A stretch of DNA of 64,000 bases, from the NCBI RefSeq assembly GCF_001194135.2, contig NC_068988.1, positions 5,011,512 through 5,075,511 on the forward strand, in the 5' to 3' direction. Source of the stretch: Octopus bimaculoides. Lineage: Eukaryota. How positions within the stretch are numbered: the stretch's first letter is position 1; each line of letters starts with the position of its first letter. Below, piece after piece: positions 26,800-40,237 of the stretch. Both the position numbers and the translations under genes were made by a program. Under the pieces are notes generated by a model, which was given only the letters and a program-made list of their open reading frames with translations, made no database searches and was not told the DNA's origin.

Positions 26800-27944
26800 N
26801 NNNNNNNNNNNNNNNNNNNNNNNNNNNNNNNNNNNNNNNNNNNNNNNNNNNNNNNNNNNNNNNNNNNNNNNNNNNNNNNNNNNNNNNNNNNNNNNNNNNN
26901 NNNNNNNNNNNNNNNNNNNNNNNNNNAAATAAGTCACTGTTGTCGTCATCATGAACTATTTTTGATGTGGAAGCCAACATCTTTGTATGGATTAGGATAA
27001 TCAAATATTACCAAGCAATTTTATTCAAATAAAGAAAGAAACTATCAAACATTTAGAAACTTGCTTTGGTTGGGTATAAAATCCTATTTAGAAGCTATAG
27101 TTTCATTTCATTCTCTGTTCTGTTCAAATACAATATCCTAGCACAATTTCTAAAATATTTTAAACGATTGTTTTGTAAAATGATATAATTTTATGTTCCT
27201 TTTTAATTAAACTGTGAGTCAAATGTAAATATGTCTTATTTTGTTATTATTTTCCGACCAGACACTGGCAACAAACTTTTGGACAGAAGGTGAAAGGAGA
27301 GAAATACCGAAGTAAATCAATCTTATTTTAAGTAGAAGAGGAAATAATAGCTATGTTCTCTTTTTTGCAATAAACAGATGTTTTGTAATTGTTATGTGAG
27401 CGCTTGCTAAGAACAATGGAAGACTTCATGATAACCACGCACAAATACTCAGCTTGTAATAAGTACAATAAGCATTTCTAGGAGAGACGGACTTCGCTTA
27501 GGACCTGGAGGTATATTTTATGATGTCGACCTAGCATCACATTAATAATTTAAACGCATCACATTAATAATTAAAAAACTCTTCTCGGTTGCAAGTATGA
27601 CATTATATGTGCGATTAATATATTTGCAAAGCCAGCCATAACAAGTCGTTGTGTAAGATGGGAGCGGAATGTAAAAACACTGAATTTCAGCAGAGAATAC
27701 ATACAATAAATTGAATGAAAAAGAGTTAGGAAAGTGTTTAAGAATCAGAATACAGTTATTAACGCATTCCACTACCATTCCAAATCAACAGAAATCTTGC
27801 TGCGTACCTATACTGAATATGATTGCGAAAAACGTTTCTACAAATTTCACTATATCTACAACCATGAAATTTTCAGATTTCGGTAACATTTAGAACAGTT
27901 AAAAATCTAAACATGAAGTAGTAACACAATGAGATATACTGATG

Positions 27945-28110
27945 GCAAACATATATAAAACCTCATTCAATTATGGAAAGAGTTATATTAACAAAACAGG
28001 AAGAATTCTTAAGACCATACTATAAGAGGCAAAAGTTCTAATGAGAAGAGCAAGATCAAAGTCAGGAATTTCAAAATATTTATGAGGCGAAAAAAAAAAT
28101 AATCAGCTAT
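27945..28110 (+). pseudogene. Penelope-like element GIY-YIG endonuclease remnant
   Basis: One frame reads ANIYKTSFNYGKSYINKTGRILKTIL*EAKVLMRRARSKSGISKYL*GEKK. This parallels the PLE pattern IYxIPCxCGxxYIGxTGRxLxxRxxEH..KSxxAxHxW, with two in-frame stops. Confidence 0.6.
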
Positions 28111-28511
28111 AATAGAGTCTACATTCTATCATTGAGAAAAAATATAGGAGAAAATGGGGGGAAAACTATATGTTACGTTGACTTTATATATATACCCAGT
28201 CAGTGAGCGTAATGTAGAACAGAATTTAGTAGAAGAAAATTGCATTAATATCTATCCCAACAGACACTGGTTGAAGAAGGCATTAAATGAAAGTTTGTAA
28301 ATGGATAGAGAATGCTTCAATTTAGATCCACAATAGAGATATGCTAGGCGGAATTATCAATCGATGAATCTATAATGTCGCAGACAAACATGCACACACA
28401 CTAAAATACACAAAAACACGTAAAAATGAGGGTACTAAAGGCAAGGAATGCAAGAAATACTTAACAATTAATCTCAGAAATTATACATACACTGGTATAT
28501 ATATATATATG

Positions 28512-28694
28512 ATTGACCGTTGACTGAACACTATTCAATTTTTTTTCTCCGTGTTTTTCTCCTTGTCTCCGTATTCTTTCTGTTGAAGAGCGTAGCTCGA
28601 AACGTCAAAGACTTTCCGTATTCCCGAGCGTCATACTAATATATACTTTTGTTATTTACACCACCTGTCCTCGTCTGTTGTTATTTTTTGTATA
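28512..28694 (+). mobile_element. ~180 bp interspersed repeat embedded in (TA)n and carrying a hammerhead-like motif (Penelope pLTR- or retrozyme-like)
   Basis: Bounded by TA runs on both sides and contains ctgttgaagagcgtagctcgaaacgtc. I recall it as an abundant Octopus repeat but have not verified this. Confidence 0.6.
28575..28611 (+). ncRNA. Minimal type I hammerhead ribozyme-like motif with a variant core
   Basis: TCTTT (stem I) - CTGTTGA - A - GAGC gta GCTC (stem II) - GAAA - C/GT palindromic stem III - C (cleavage triplet GTC, ending 28606) - AAAGA (stem I'). Confidence 0.55.
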
Positions 28695-28702
28695 TTCTCC
28701 CT

Positions 28703-28744
<42 letters not shown>

Positions 28745-28835
28745 AGTGAGTGTGCTTACAGTCAGCATGTGTGCATGTAAATATATATACATACATATAT
28801 ATAAGTCTATGTGCGTGAACTATATCTGAATATGT

Positions 28836-29145
28836 AGTTGGCACTCCGTCGCTTACGACGTCGAGGGTTCCAGTTGATCCGATCAACGGAACAGCCCGCT
28901 CGTGAAATTAACGTGCAAGTGGCTGAGCACTCCACAGACACGTGTACCCTTAACGTAGTTCTCGGGGATATTCAGCGTGACACAGTGTGACAAGGCTGGC
29001 CCTTTGAATTACAGGCACAACAGAAAGAGGAAGTAAGGGTGAGAGAAAGTTGTGGTGAGAGAGTACAGCAGGGTTCGCCACCATCCCCTGCCGGAGCCTC
29101 GTGGAGCTTTAGGTGTATTCGCTCAATAAACACTCACAACGCTCA
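28836..29145 (-). mobile_element. SINE family C (shares its 3' module with B, different middle), head truncated
   Basis: 28836-29020 is a close match to the B tail. It then diverges into agagaaagttgtggtgagagagtacagcagggttcgccacc..cgctcaataaacactcacaacgc. Confidence 0.85.
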
Positions 29146-31156
29146 GTGCAGGACTAAGCTCAAAGAAACACACACACATACAATTGATGCGATTCCATAC
29201 TGTTTCCATCAGCCAAATTCATTCACATAGGATGTGTGTGTGTTTGTGTCTGGGTGTGTATCAAAAAATATCCAGGCAGATTATACTGCTTAATAGCAAT
29301 AGTAACAAATATACAGAAACCAGACGGAATGACAGACTCACAGAATTCATGTTCATAACACCACATTGTAACCAAATGATGTTTAACGATGCTTAAGATC
29401 ATAGAAATTCCTAATCATTCTGGCTCTGTTCTTTTTTCTTACCTTTTTCCATACACTTTCACATGGAAATTCTCACTTGTTCTTTCTTTCTTTCTTCTCT
29501 CACTATGACATTCTCCTGTTGGATGCTAAAATATTCTATTCATATTTAGAGTGTTCGGGAATTAGCTACGAAGTAATTAATATCTTTGTATTTACATTTT
29601 CATTACCATTTTTGTATTTTTTTTATTGTTGACAAATTGTAAGTTCATCTCTGTAAAGCCTTTTCAATGACTGTCGATTGCATTGCTATGTTATTTATGC
29701 AAGGTATTGTAGTAATTATCATTACAGTCTACGCTGGAGATATTATACAAATGTATTGTGCACAAATGTATTGCCCGCACGATTTCTAGTGAATAATTAC
29801 AAAGTCAGATCGATAAAGCTCAGCAGCAAGAAATAAAAAATATATATCATGCAACAAGAATAGTATAATCAGTGGCATGCCATTTAGTGATGTGTGTATT
29901 TGGTTTATTCATAAGTGAGCAATTAGTTATTAACAATAGTATTTGTTTGTTGCCAATCGAAGTTATAGAGTCAACTCAATACATTAAGTAGCCTTGGGGG
30001 AGCACGAAAGGCCAGTATTTTCGACATGATAAAATATTTGCATTTAATATCGTGCAAACATTGTCTAGTATATTATAAAATAAAGTACTTGAGCTCAGCA
30101 GATATATTACTTTACGTACGTGATGAGTTATGGAAATACAAGTTCATAAAATATGAAGGTAATACCGCAATCTTTTACAATTCAGTAGTTTACTACAGGG
30201 GTTTCCATAATCTTCTACGAGTGATCGTTGAGTGGATTTTAATGTATACATCTATATTCTGCTTTGACAATATATTTTGGAGAATACATATGGAAGAAAA
30301 CTAATGAAATTCCTTTGTTGCGTCGGTTGAGTAATAGAATAGATATGAAACAATATGTTAAGCGAGTTCAGACGAAACAGCAACATTTTCCCTATTTAAA
30401 CATACATACGCCACTAGATTCAATATTTCTCCACTAATGTATATTATTAACTATCAAAGACCTTTGCCGTGCATTTACAGGTCGTAAATCTGCGACGAAG
30501 CACTCTCATAATTAATACAATATCGTATTGGTAAAATAATAAAAACAAGTTACAGAAGCAACATAAGCAAGCTTTATGAGGAAACATTTACATTATTTTT
30601 CAAAACATACCACGCCAGCCATGTTTCCTCACAGCAACATGGCATACCTATACAGTTCCAATATATATCACAGCATCTCCAGTGGAATGTTCTTTGCATA
30701 GGAGAGAAGCAGTGAGTTATAATGGAGAAAAGCAAAATCTGTACTGTATTAGCGAATGCATCCACAAATTCAATAATCTCGATCTGGTTAGTAATCTCTA
30801 TTCAGAGATTTTCTTATTAAACGATATTCTCTAATCAGAAGTTTTTATTAGTTAATATCATTATTTCGAAGAATATTCGATACAATCATAGAATAAGGGA
30901 TTATTTAGAACAACTCTAAAATAAAATGCAGTGAATTTATTCGTAATCCGTCATAAACTGAAACTTGAGTCGATGCTAGGGATCAGTTTGTGTGGTGCAT
31001 CTACCCACTTCTCGTAGACAGTAAATTTATACACAAAAATATTTAAAATACTTAGCACTTAAAAATTAGAGGAAGGTAAAGGAATGGCGATTGAAAGCAA
31101 ATAACTATTTTACTGGCGTATAAACATAAAATGTATGTGTCTGCGCATTAATATAC

Positions 31157-31331
31157 TCTTTTAATTGTTTTAGTCATTTGACTGCGGCCATGTTGGAGCA
31201 CTGCTTTAAGTCGAAGAAATCGACCCCAGGACTTATTCTTTCTAAGCCTAGTACTTATTCTATCGGTCTCTTTTGCTGAATAGCTTGGTAGGGGACACAA
31301 ACATAGACACAAAGCACACACATAAATATAT

Positions 31332-31367
<36 letters not shown>

Positions 31368-31435
31368 ATATATATATATACGACGGGTTTCTTTCAGTTT
31401 CCGTCTACCAAATCTACTCAAAAGTCTTTGATCAG
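31157..31435 (-). mobile_element. SINE family D, head truncated, with an internal (TG)n(TA)n tract
   Basis: tttagtcatttgactgcggccatgttggagcac..tcgaccccaggacttattc..cgacgggtttctttcagtttccgtctaccaaat. Confidence 0.85.
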
Positions 31436-32297
31436 TGTGCGAGCTGGAAAAAGGCTTTACAAAGGGTATGATAATCAGTATTATGATGGTTCTTACGACA
31501 AGTGCTCAACAAATCAATTCTTTCTGGCTACCACTTAAGTCCCTACAGAGTAACATTCAATATAAACAGCTTATTTTTGATACACGACCAGCAGGAATTG
31601 CCTGATCTCACCGCTACAGAATCTTCTGCTTCAAGAATGACAGCCGTTGAACAAAAGTAACACATACACGTAAGCATGCACGTACATGTGTGTTCGTGTG
31701 TGTATGTAGATATGTCTCTGTTTATGCATATATGCGCATTTACGCGCGCACACGATATATATGTACCTGTATGTATGTAGGTATGTATATCGATGGTTAA
31801 TCAGAAGATTCATTGTTTAAAAAAGGGCGGGTGGGGAAATCTCTCTTCACTGTAATTGCCTCTACGCTGACAATTGAATGAATAGAAAATTGAAGCCATA
31901 CTTATTATTACAGTTTTTGTTGTGGTACCAAATACGATGGGGGTGAGGTTATTTCAATGGTGTATTCATTTCTAGTGAATAATTGGATATATTGTGTATT
32001 GTGTAAATGAAACGAGAATCCGTCCACATATTGAACAGGTATAGATCTTTGGCAATTCCTGCTGTTCGTATTATTCAATTGAAATCATATACCAAATCTC
32101 AAAGCCTATTTATTCAATGATACAAAAATGGTTTTGGGGACCAATTCACCCAGCTATAATTACATTTCAATTAAAACTTGCCAATAACTTATAAATTCAA
32201 ACTTTAACCTCAAGATTTAATTCTACAGATAGATATATAAGAAAGTAATATATTTTTCCTAATTTAATTTCTATATCATCCATTCACCAGTGACGTC

Positions 32298-32440
32298 GCA
32301 ACTCATTTCTACAGCTGAGTAAACTGGAGCAACATGAAATAAAGTGTCTTGTTCAAGAACACTACACAACCCTGTCCAAGAATCGAACTCAGTACTGCAT
32401 CATTGTGAGCCCGACGCTCTAACCACTGAGCTATGCACTT
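32298..32440 (-). mobile_element. SINE family B 5' half (tRNA head plus CORE-like domain)
   Basis: cagctgagtaaactggagcaacatgaaataaagtgtcttgttcaagaacac..aatcgaactc..ctctaaccactgagctatgc matches 8255-8382. Confidence 0.8.
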
Positions 32441-33019
32441 TCAACATATTACCTTTTATATATATATATATATATNNNNNNNNNNNNNNNNNNNNNNNNN
32501 NNNNNNNNNNNNNNNNNNNNNNNNNNNNNNNNNNNNNNNNNNNNNNNNNNNNNNNNNNNNNNNNNNNNNNNNNNNNNNNNNNNNNNNNNNNNNNNNNNNN
32601 NNNNNNNNNNNNNNNNNNNNNNNNNNNNNNNNNNNNNNNNNNNNNNNNNNNNNNNNNNNNNNNNNNNNNNNNNNNNNNNNNNNNNNNNNNNNNNNNNNNN
32701 NNNNNNNNNNNNNNNNNNNNNNNNNNNNNNNNNNNNNNNNNNNNNNNNNNNNNNNNNNNNNNNNNNNNNNNNNNNNNNNNNNNNNNNNNNNNNNNNNNNN
32801 NNNNNNNNNNNNNNNNNNNNNNNNNNNNNNNNNNNNNNNNNNNNNNNNNNNNNNNNNNNNNNNNNNNNNNNNNNNNNNNNNNNNNNNNNNNNNNNNNNNN
32901 NNNNNNNNNNNNNNNNNNNNNNNNNNNNNNNNNNNNNNNNNNNNNNNNNNNNNNNNNNNNNNNNNNNNNNNNNNNNNNNNNNNNNNNNNNNNNNTATATA
33001 TATATATATATATATATAT

Positions 33020-33640
<621 letters not shown>

Positions 33641-36600
33641 ATTTCCTCCTTCGGGTGTGTAGAAGAGAAATTAACCAACGAAAAGGATCACATGGCTTAG
33701 CATTTTACACATTCAAACGTTCAAGTTAGCGTATCACCGTGCGTATACATACATACACACACACACTATANNNNNNNNNNNNNNNNNNNNNNNNNNNNNN
33801 NNNNNNNNNNNNNNNNNNNNNNNNNNNNNNNNNNNNNNNNNNNNNNNNNNNNNNNNNNNNNNNNNNNNNNNNNNNNNNNNNNNNNNNNNNNNNNNNNNNN
33901 NNNNNNNNNNNNNNNNNNNNNNNNNNNNNNNNNNNNNNNNNNNNNNNNNNNNNNNNNNNNNNNNNNNNNNNNNNNNNNNNNNNNNNNNNNNNNNNNNNNN
34001 NNNNNNNNNNNNNNNNNNNNNNNNNNNNNNNNNNNNNNNNNNNNNNNNNNNNNNNNNNNNNNNNNNNNNNNNNNNNNNNNNNNNNNNNNNNNNNNNNNNN
34101 NNNNNNNNNNNNNNNNNNNNNNNNNNNNNNNNNNNNNNNNNNNNNNNNNNNNNNNNNNNNNNNNNNNNNNNNNNNNNNNNNNNNNNNNNNNNNNNNNNNN
34201 NNNNNNNNNNNNNNNNNNNNNNNNNNNNNNNNNNNNNNNNNNNNNNNNNNNNNNNNNNNNNNNNNNNNNNNNNNNNNNNNNNNNNNNNNNNNNNNNNNNN
34301 NNNNNNNNNNNNNNNNNNNNNNNNNNNNNNNNNNNNNNNNNNNNTATATATATATGCATACACTTACATACTGCAAAGGATGTATGTACAGACAAAATTG
34401 AGAGAAGGGGGAAGGGAGTGATAGATGAAGGGAGTGATAGATGAAGGGAGAGGGAGTGAGAGATGGAGGGAGAGAGAGATTATGGGAAAGACATTTAAGA
34501 AAAAGATAATCTTGAGGAAGTTACAATGGTGAAACTTTTTCAGAAAGAAGTCACTTATGAAATAAACATTTATTGTATCAGCCCATGGTGGGTAATGGTA
34601 AAGCCAACTTAGATAGGATTTGAATGTAAAAAGTAAAAGGACGTAACCAGGTACAAGGCATTTTATTTGACGGTGTAACGATAAAGAGTGAGGGTGAAGA
34701 AGGGCGACTACACGTTACGTAGGGAAAGGGAAAAGGAATGGAGACTTGTGAAAGTGAAGGCCGATTTACTGAAAAAGTTATACGGGACATTATTGAGAGC
34801 GTGCGCAATCGTGAGGGTAAGACCAAACATGATGCAAAAGAGGAAAGGAAAAGAGGTGAGAGGGTTGTCCTAAAGGGAATGGTGAGAATTAAAAAGAAAT
34901 ACTTAGATGATGGTAGACGTATTAAGGGTGAACATTTTCTTTTCCCTCAGTCGTAACCGGATCTGCGTTATAAGGTGACATCACACACCTCCAGTTAATC
35001 TATGCAAGGGTCTGTTGAAGTGAAATATCACTGTCAGCATTATCAGCCACCTGATACTATGCTTCATTTCGCTAATTTACAGCAACCTTGACAACTTGGA
35101 AGCAATGCAAAAACAATGAGATTGCAGAAATACAGCTGAAGTGGTAATGAATATAAAACTGAGATTTCAGGCCGACCGTAATATCGTAGGCGATAAAAAG
35201 GTTTTGAAATGAAGAGTTTAAACATTATAGACTGTTGTAACGGAACACATATAGACTTTACTCTGTTTTGAAGGAAATTAGATTGCTTTTTGCGGACAGA
35301 GATTTAACTGGAAGTTGAGGTGAATTGTGAGTTGTAAATGACAGGCTCTCGAGTAACGGTAATTGGGTATGTACATATACACGAGGGAAGGAAGAGAAGC
35401 ACAGTAGTTCCATTCCTATTTCGAACTCGGTGAGATGTATCTGCTACAAAACAAAATATGCTATTTCGTTGCCATTGAAGTAGAAGTTCGAGACTTTACT
35501 ACATTAAATGGAGGATTGAGTGCAATTTTATCAGGTTTAATAGTATATATTCGATGGAGGTGAATCTATCTCATTTAAACTTCCTACCTTTTCTCAACTG
35601 CTGTTTCGTGTGAACCAGTACAATTAAATGCTAAAATACACAAGGAGTTTGTGTACAGTGAAATTCCTAATTTGGTCGTAAAAGAATATCATATAACATA
35701 GGTATGTAGGAAGAGATATAACATGAAATAGTGTTATACGCTGTTTATCAGTTATGGTTTATCGCTAATAAAAATAAATTAGGATAAATAATTTGTCAAA
35801 GGACTATTTGTTGAGAAAAATTAAAGGTTATACAAATATTTGGTTATATAAATATTCATATACATGATTGACTCGACTAACTTAATGCAGACATAGAAAC
35901 AGATACATAGCAGATACACACAGCGAAAGTTTGACAAAGAGATCAATAAGGATTGTGAATATAATAAGAGAAACCAATGTATAAGCAAGATATAAACCTG
36001 CCAGATTCAGTAAGTAACGAAGATATAAGAAGAATTAAGCATCGAGGTAAATTAATTATTCGCAGCAATTCAATTTCTGTCTCTTCTTAATCTGCAACTT
36101 GAAGATTTGATTCCTTGAAGATTTGATTCCACGCCAAAAAAACTTAACGAAATCTTTATATTTTCTTATCTATTCGTTGTCTTTTTTTGCTAAAGAATTT
36201 CATGCTATATAGTACGTGATGGTGCTATATTCTTTCTACCCTGTTACCTTTTATTATTTGATTAAATGCTAAACCACGTTATTCCATTTTAACCGGCCTT
36301 CTTTTTAATGTCGGAAAATCTAAATGTTTCAGTCTTTTGTTCGTTGGATTTATATTGTCTGACCGGGCAGCTCAATTTTCGCATTGTTCTACAGACAAGA
36401 AAAGGATATTCTTTAATCCCCTTTACTAAAATGTAATTCTCTATAAATCTGAAATACTTTTCAGATATGATTATTTTTATTTGAGAAGTAGATGCATTAT
36501 AGAGATTTTTTCTACTCCCAAAACTATAATAGTCGCGATATTTTATTTAGAGGTGTTCATCGTCTTTTTAACTGGCAGAAAGTAAAATGTTGGCTTTTGA

Positions 36601-37699
36601 TGTTGAATCTGATAAGTTTTTAAAACAGCACTTTACAACAATATTCTTATTAATTTTAATGTAATATTGACATGAATTTAAAAATTGACTAATTTTCGCA
36701 AGAGAGCTTCTATTTTTAATCTGTAAAAGCAAATGACATCAATCACAACGGCTTTCCATTTATTTTTGCAATAGTTTCAACTAATATTTTAGAAATTTAT
36801 CAATTTTAGTGTCTCTCTATATACACTAGTCTTCATAAAGTTGATTGTTCTATTTTTCATATTTGATGACCACAACTATAGCCATTCATTTGTGGCCTGT
36901 GTCGGTCTTTATTCCATCTTCCAGTTGAAGCTCCGTACCATTTCCAGCAACTCTATTCTCAACTAATTATAAATTCCATTGAGATAGTTTTCTACCTCCA
37001 CACACTGCTGTAATTTCTCCGGTGTCACAATCCTAGTTTCATATATATTAACACATACTTCTGGCTTCCAATTCCTTTGTAAATGCAACAATTTTTATCT
37101 TCTTCGATAAGTTTCAGTGACTAAATGTACAACTCTCCAGTATCATTAAATAGGTGTGATATGAATATCATCTATAGAAATTAATTGAAGTAATTCATTT
37201 CTGGATTTTTTTTTTTTTTTTTGTGGCAAAATGAACTGGAACACCTAAATATTAATTTTGCCAACGTAATTGAAGTTTTCGTTCGAAACAGAAGCGAGAT
37301 TTCATATTCCTTGTTATGTTGTTTTCTTTCAACAATAATCTCTTCCCCAATGTTCACCACCAGAGTCAATGTAGCAACATTTCGTTTACTTATGAATACC
37401 AAAAACAACTTTCGAATAAAACACTTACAGCATCGGATATTGACCTCTTCCACTGAAAAAAAAATCAAAATAATGGCCACCCATTTAGTGAACGTGTGAA
37501 ACAGCAGCTCCTGTCCATTCCATAGCTCAAAAGTAAAGCAGACCCAAACAGATTACAAACACACACATGTCTTCTGCTATGTTATAAGGTTTAGAACAGT
37601 TGACTGATTAGCATATGTTACAGCTACTTAATTTATCTCTCCTGTAAAAAGGAATCTAAACTGATAGCAATTCGTGGATGGACTAGATATGATTTAGAG

Positions 37700-37982
37700 C
37701 AATGTGTCTCAAACTATCTGATGTGGCGTACCGACAGTTTTTTTACCCCACCAATGTGGGGACCGGTTATATTTCTTAATAATATTAATTTATACCGGAA
37801 ACAATATATATAATGAATAAAATAAAAGTTGACAATATTTTTATCTCATATTTATTTTGTAAACAAATAATACAATATTTTATAAGCATTTTATAATGTT
37901 TCCTTCTTTTCTGGAAACTCACCGCGTACCGGCAGCTCATGGCTCACGGACCGGCACCGGACCACCACTTTGAATAGCACTG
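37700..37982. mobile_element. hAT (Charlie-type) MITE
   Basis: The left end is caatgtgtctcaaact and the right end reads cagtgctattcaaagtg in reverse complement. Subterminal taccggcag/ggaccggcaccgg motifs are present. The 8-bp flanks atttagag (37692-37699) and atctaaag (37983-37990) match at 6/8 and resemble the NTCTAGAN Charlie target. Confidence 0.7.
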
Positions 37983-38734
37983 ATCTAAAGTATTTGGGTG
38001 TAATCTTTACTTTCTTCGCCGTTTCCAGCACACCTACACACACATACACACACACACACGCACAGTTTTTCCTTGACTTTGAATTATCTAAGAAGCAGAT
38101 GTAGCAGATACATTTTTTTAAACATTTTTTCTCTCTCATTGCAAACCTAAAATACAAATCAACAAGCATGGAGTAAGATGTGTAGTTTATGGAGAACTTA
38201 AAACACTGGCAGTGTTCGTATATAATGTATCTTGTATGTCAGAAACATATTTTATTAGGCTTTTCTTGTTTAGAAAGTAAAGAAAGCCTGTCGCCGTTTT
38301 GATTGCTCTCACTGCACAGTTTTGATAACTGAACTGTGCAAACCGAATATCATTTTTCCCCGTAGTTACGCTCTACTAAATAATGCAGACACATGAAACA
38401 TGAAGAAACTGAAAGAAAAGGGGGGCGGCAAAAGAATCTAATATTTGAGAAACGTCAGATGGAAAAAGAAATCAAAAAAGAAGATTCAAAGCTACAGACA
38501 AAAGAAGAAGCATTAATGTAACGTGCATGTAGACTTTATTTATGGCAAGCCTACTTGTGATGGACATGTCTTCAAGTTAGAAACTAGTGAATAAAAGATT
38601 ACTTTTGCAGCTTTGATTACCTACAGTTGGCCTGTTACATACGATGTCTTACAATAAACAAAAAAGACGGACTTTATAAAAATCGATCTCTACATTCCCA
38701 TATGTCTTGGAATTTTGAAAGCATCCGCGAACAT

Positions 38735-38765
<31 letters not shown>

Positions 38766-38896
38766 CTATGTATATATATAGGCATAAGTTAGTGTGTGTA
38801 TGTATACATTATGTTAGCGTGCGCGCGCTTATCACTATATGAACAGAAACAAAAATAAATACCTACAGAACGATATTCTTAGAAATAGAGAAATCT

Positions 38897-38900
<4 letters not shown>

Positions 38901-38955
<55 letters not shown>

Positions 38956-38995
38956 ACTCACTCACACACACACTCACTCACTCACTCACTCACAA
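38901..38995. repeat. (CT)n-(CTCA)n microsatellite
   Basis: Direct reading. Confidence 0.9.
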
Positions 38996-40195
38996 ATACA
39001 CAAAACTGTAAAATAAATTACGGAAAAGGAACACTGAACTATCTGAACTCAGATCATGTTTCCAAACAAGCGTTAGACATTTTGCTGGGTTTCTAACCAG
39101 GACATTTTATCCTCCACCATCTTGCTTCACCTAACGATTGGGAACAGGCATTAATTGGTCTACTAAAGAGCATCAAGAGAAATATATATTTACATATGAT
39201 GAAGCACAAAAAAAAAACCAATCTATTCTGCTATTCAAATTGTNNNNNNNNNNNNNNNNNNNNNNNNNNNNNNNNNNNNNNNNNNNNNNNNNNNNNNNNN
39301 NNNNNNNNNNNNNNNNNNNNNNNNNNNNNNNNNNNNNNNNNNNNNNNAAAAAAAAAAACCAATCTATTCTGCTATTCAAATTGTATTACTCTTTCATATT
39401 AACATTCGGAGGAAGCACATAAAACCTCCCGTTTGCAGTGTTTCCTTCTAAATATTCTGTCAGAATGAAAAATTTTCTTTTAAAATACAATTTCAAAAAA
39501 TAATCAATAGAAATATAACCGAGATTCATACAAATAATTCCGTCTTTAATGCGTTGACATTAGCAATTAATTAATGACTCATTTTTTTTACATAAAAGTC
39601 AACTTTATTTAAATTGTGTTGTTTCACAGGCAGCCAGTTATGTCATTCATTGCAGCTACGCGCTTCTGCAGCACATGTTCCTCCACCTGACCTTCTTTCA
39701 TTCATTGAAACTAAACAATGTCCATTTCTCCTCTATGACATACAGATAGTTTCAGTCCAATTATATATTTAAATCATCGTCAAAATCTAATACTCCGGCT
39801 GATTGATATCCAGCGTCAATTTACCGAAGTTTCTTAGTGTTCGGGGCGCCATGTTACATACAGCCACATTGAATACTACCGGTCAAATGACCTTGCTTAA
39901 ATTCCTCATTTCTCTCATTCCCTTATATCTTTTTTTCTTTTTTCCCCTCTTTTGATCCTTATTTCTCTATACATTTATTTTGTCTGCCCTTATTGTGCTC
40001 TCTCCACATTCTGATTCAATCTTCCGTGTATTAACATGCACCTTCTTGCGACAATGTAAACTTTCATCTAATCAAGATACCCTTGGCCTGAAGAGTCGCC
40101 TGCAGTATACACCTCGCTTGGATATTTACCACTTCCGAGGTTCCACTTGCAATGGAACATATGTAACCCGAATCCTATCTACTCCATTCATTAAC

Positions 40196-40237
<42 letters not shown>

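Noticed and set aside
29230-29400. Possible mariner-like terminal sequence (gggtgtgtatcaaaaaatatcc)
   Set aside because: No partner TIR or transposase sequence was found.
34578-34956. Overlapping 61-82 aa ORFs in a purine-rich segment
   Set aside because: K/E/R richness follows from the G/A skew, and no domain motif is present.
39208-39384. 36-bp direct repeat (a10ccaatctattctgctattcaaattgt) on both sides of the 39244-39347 gap
   Set aside because: The repeat ends exactly at the contig edge. This is typical of an unmerged contig overlap, so it is probably not a real duplication.
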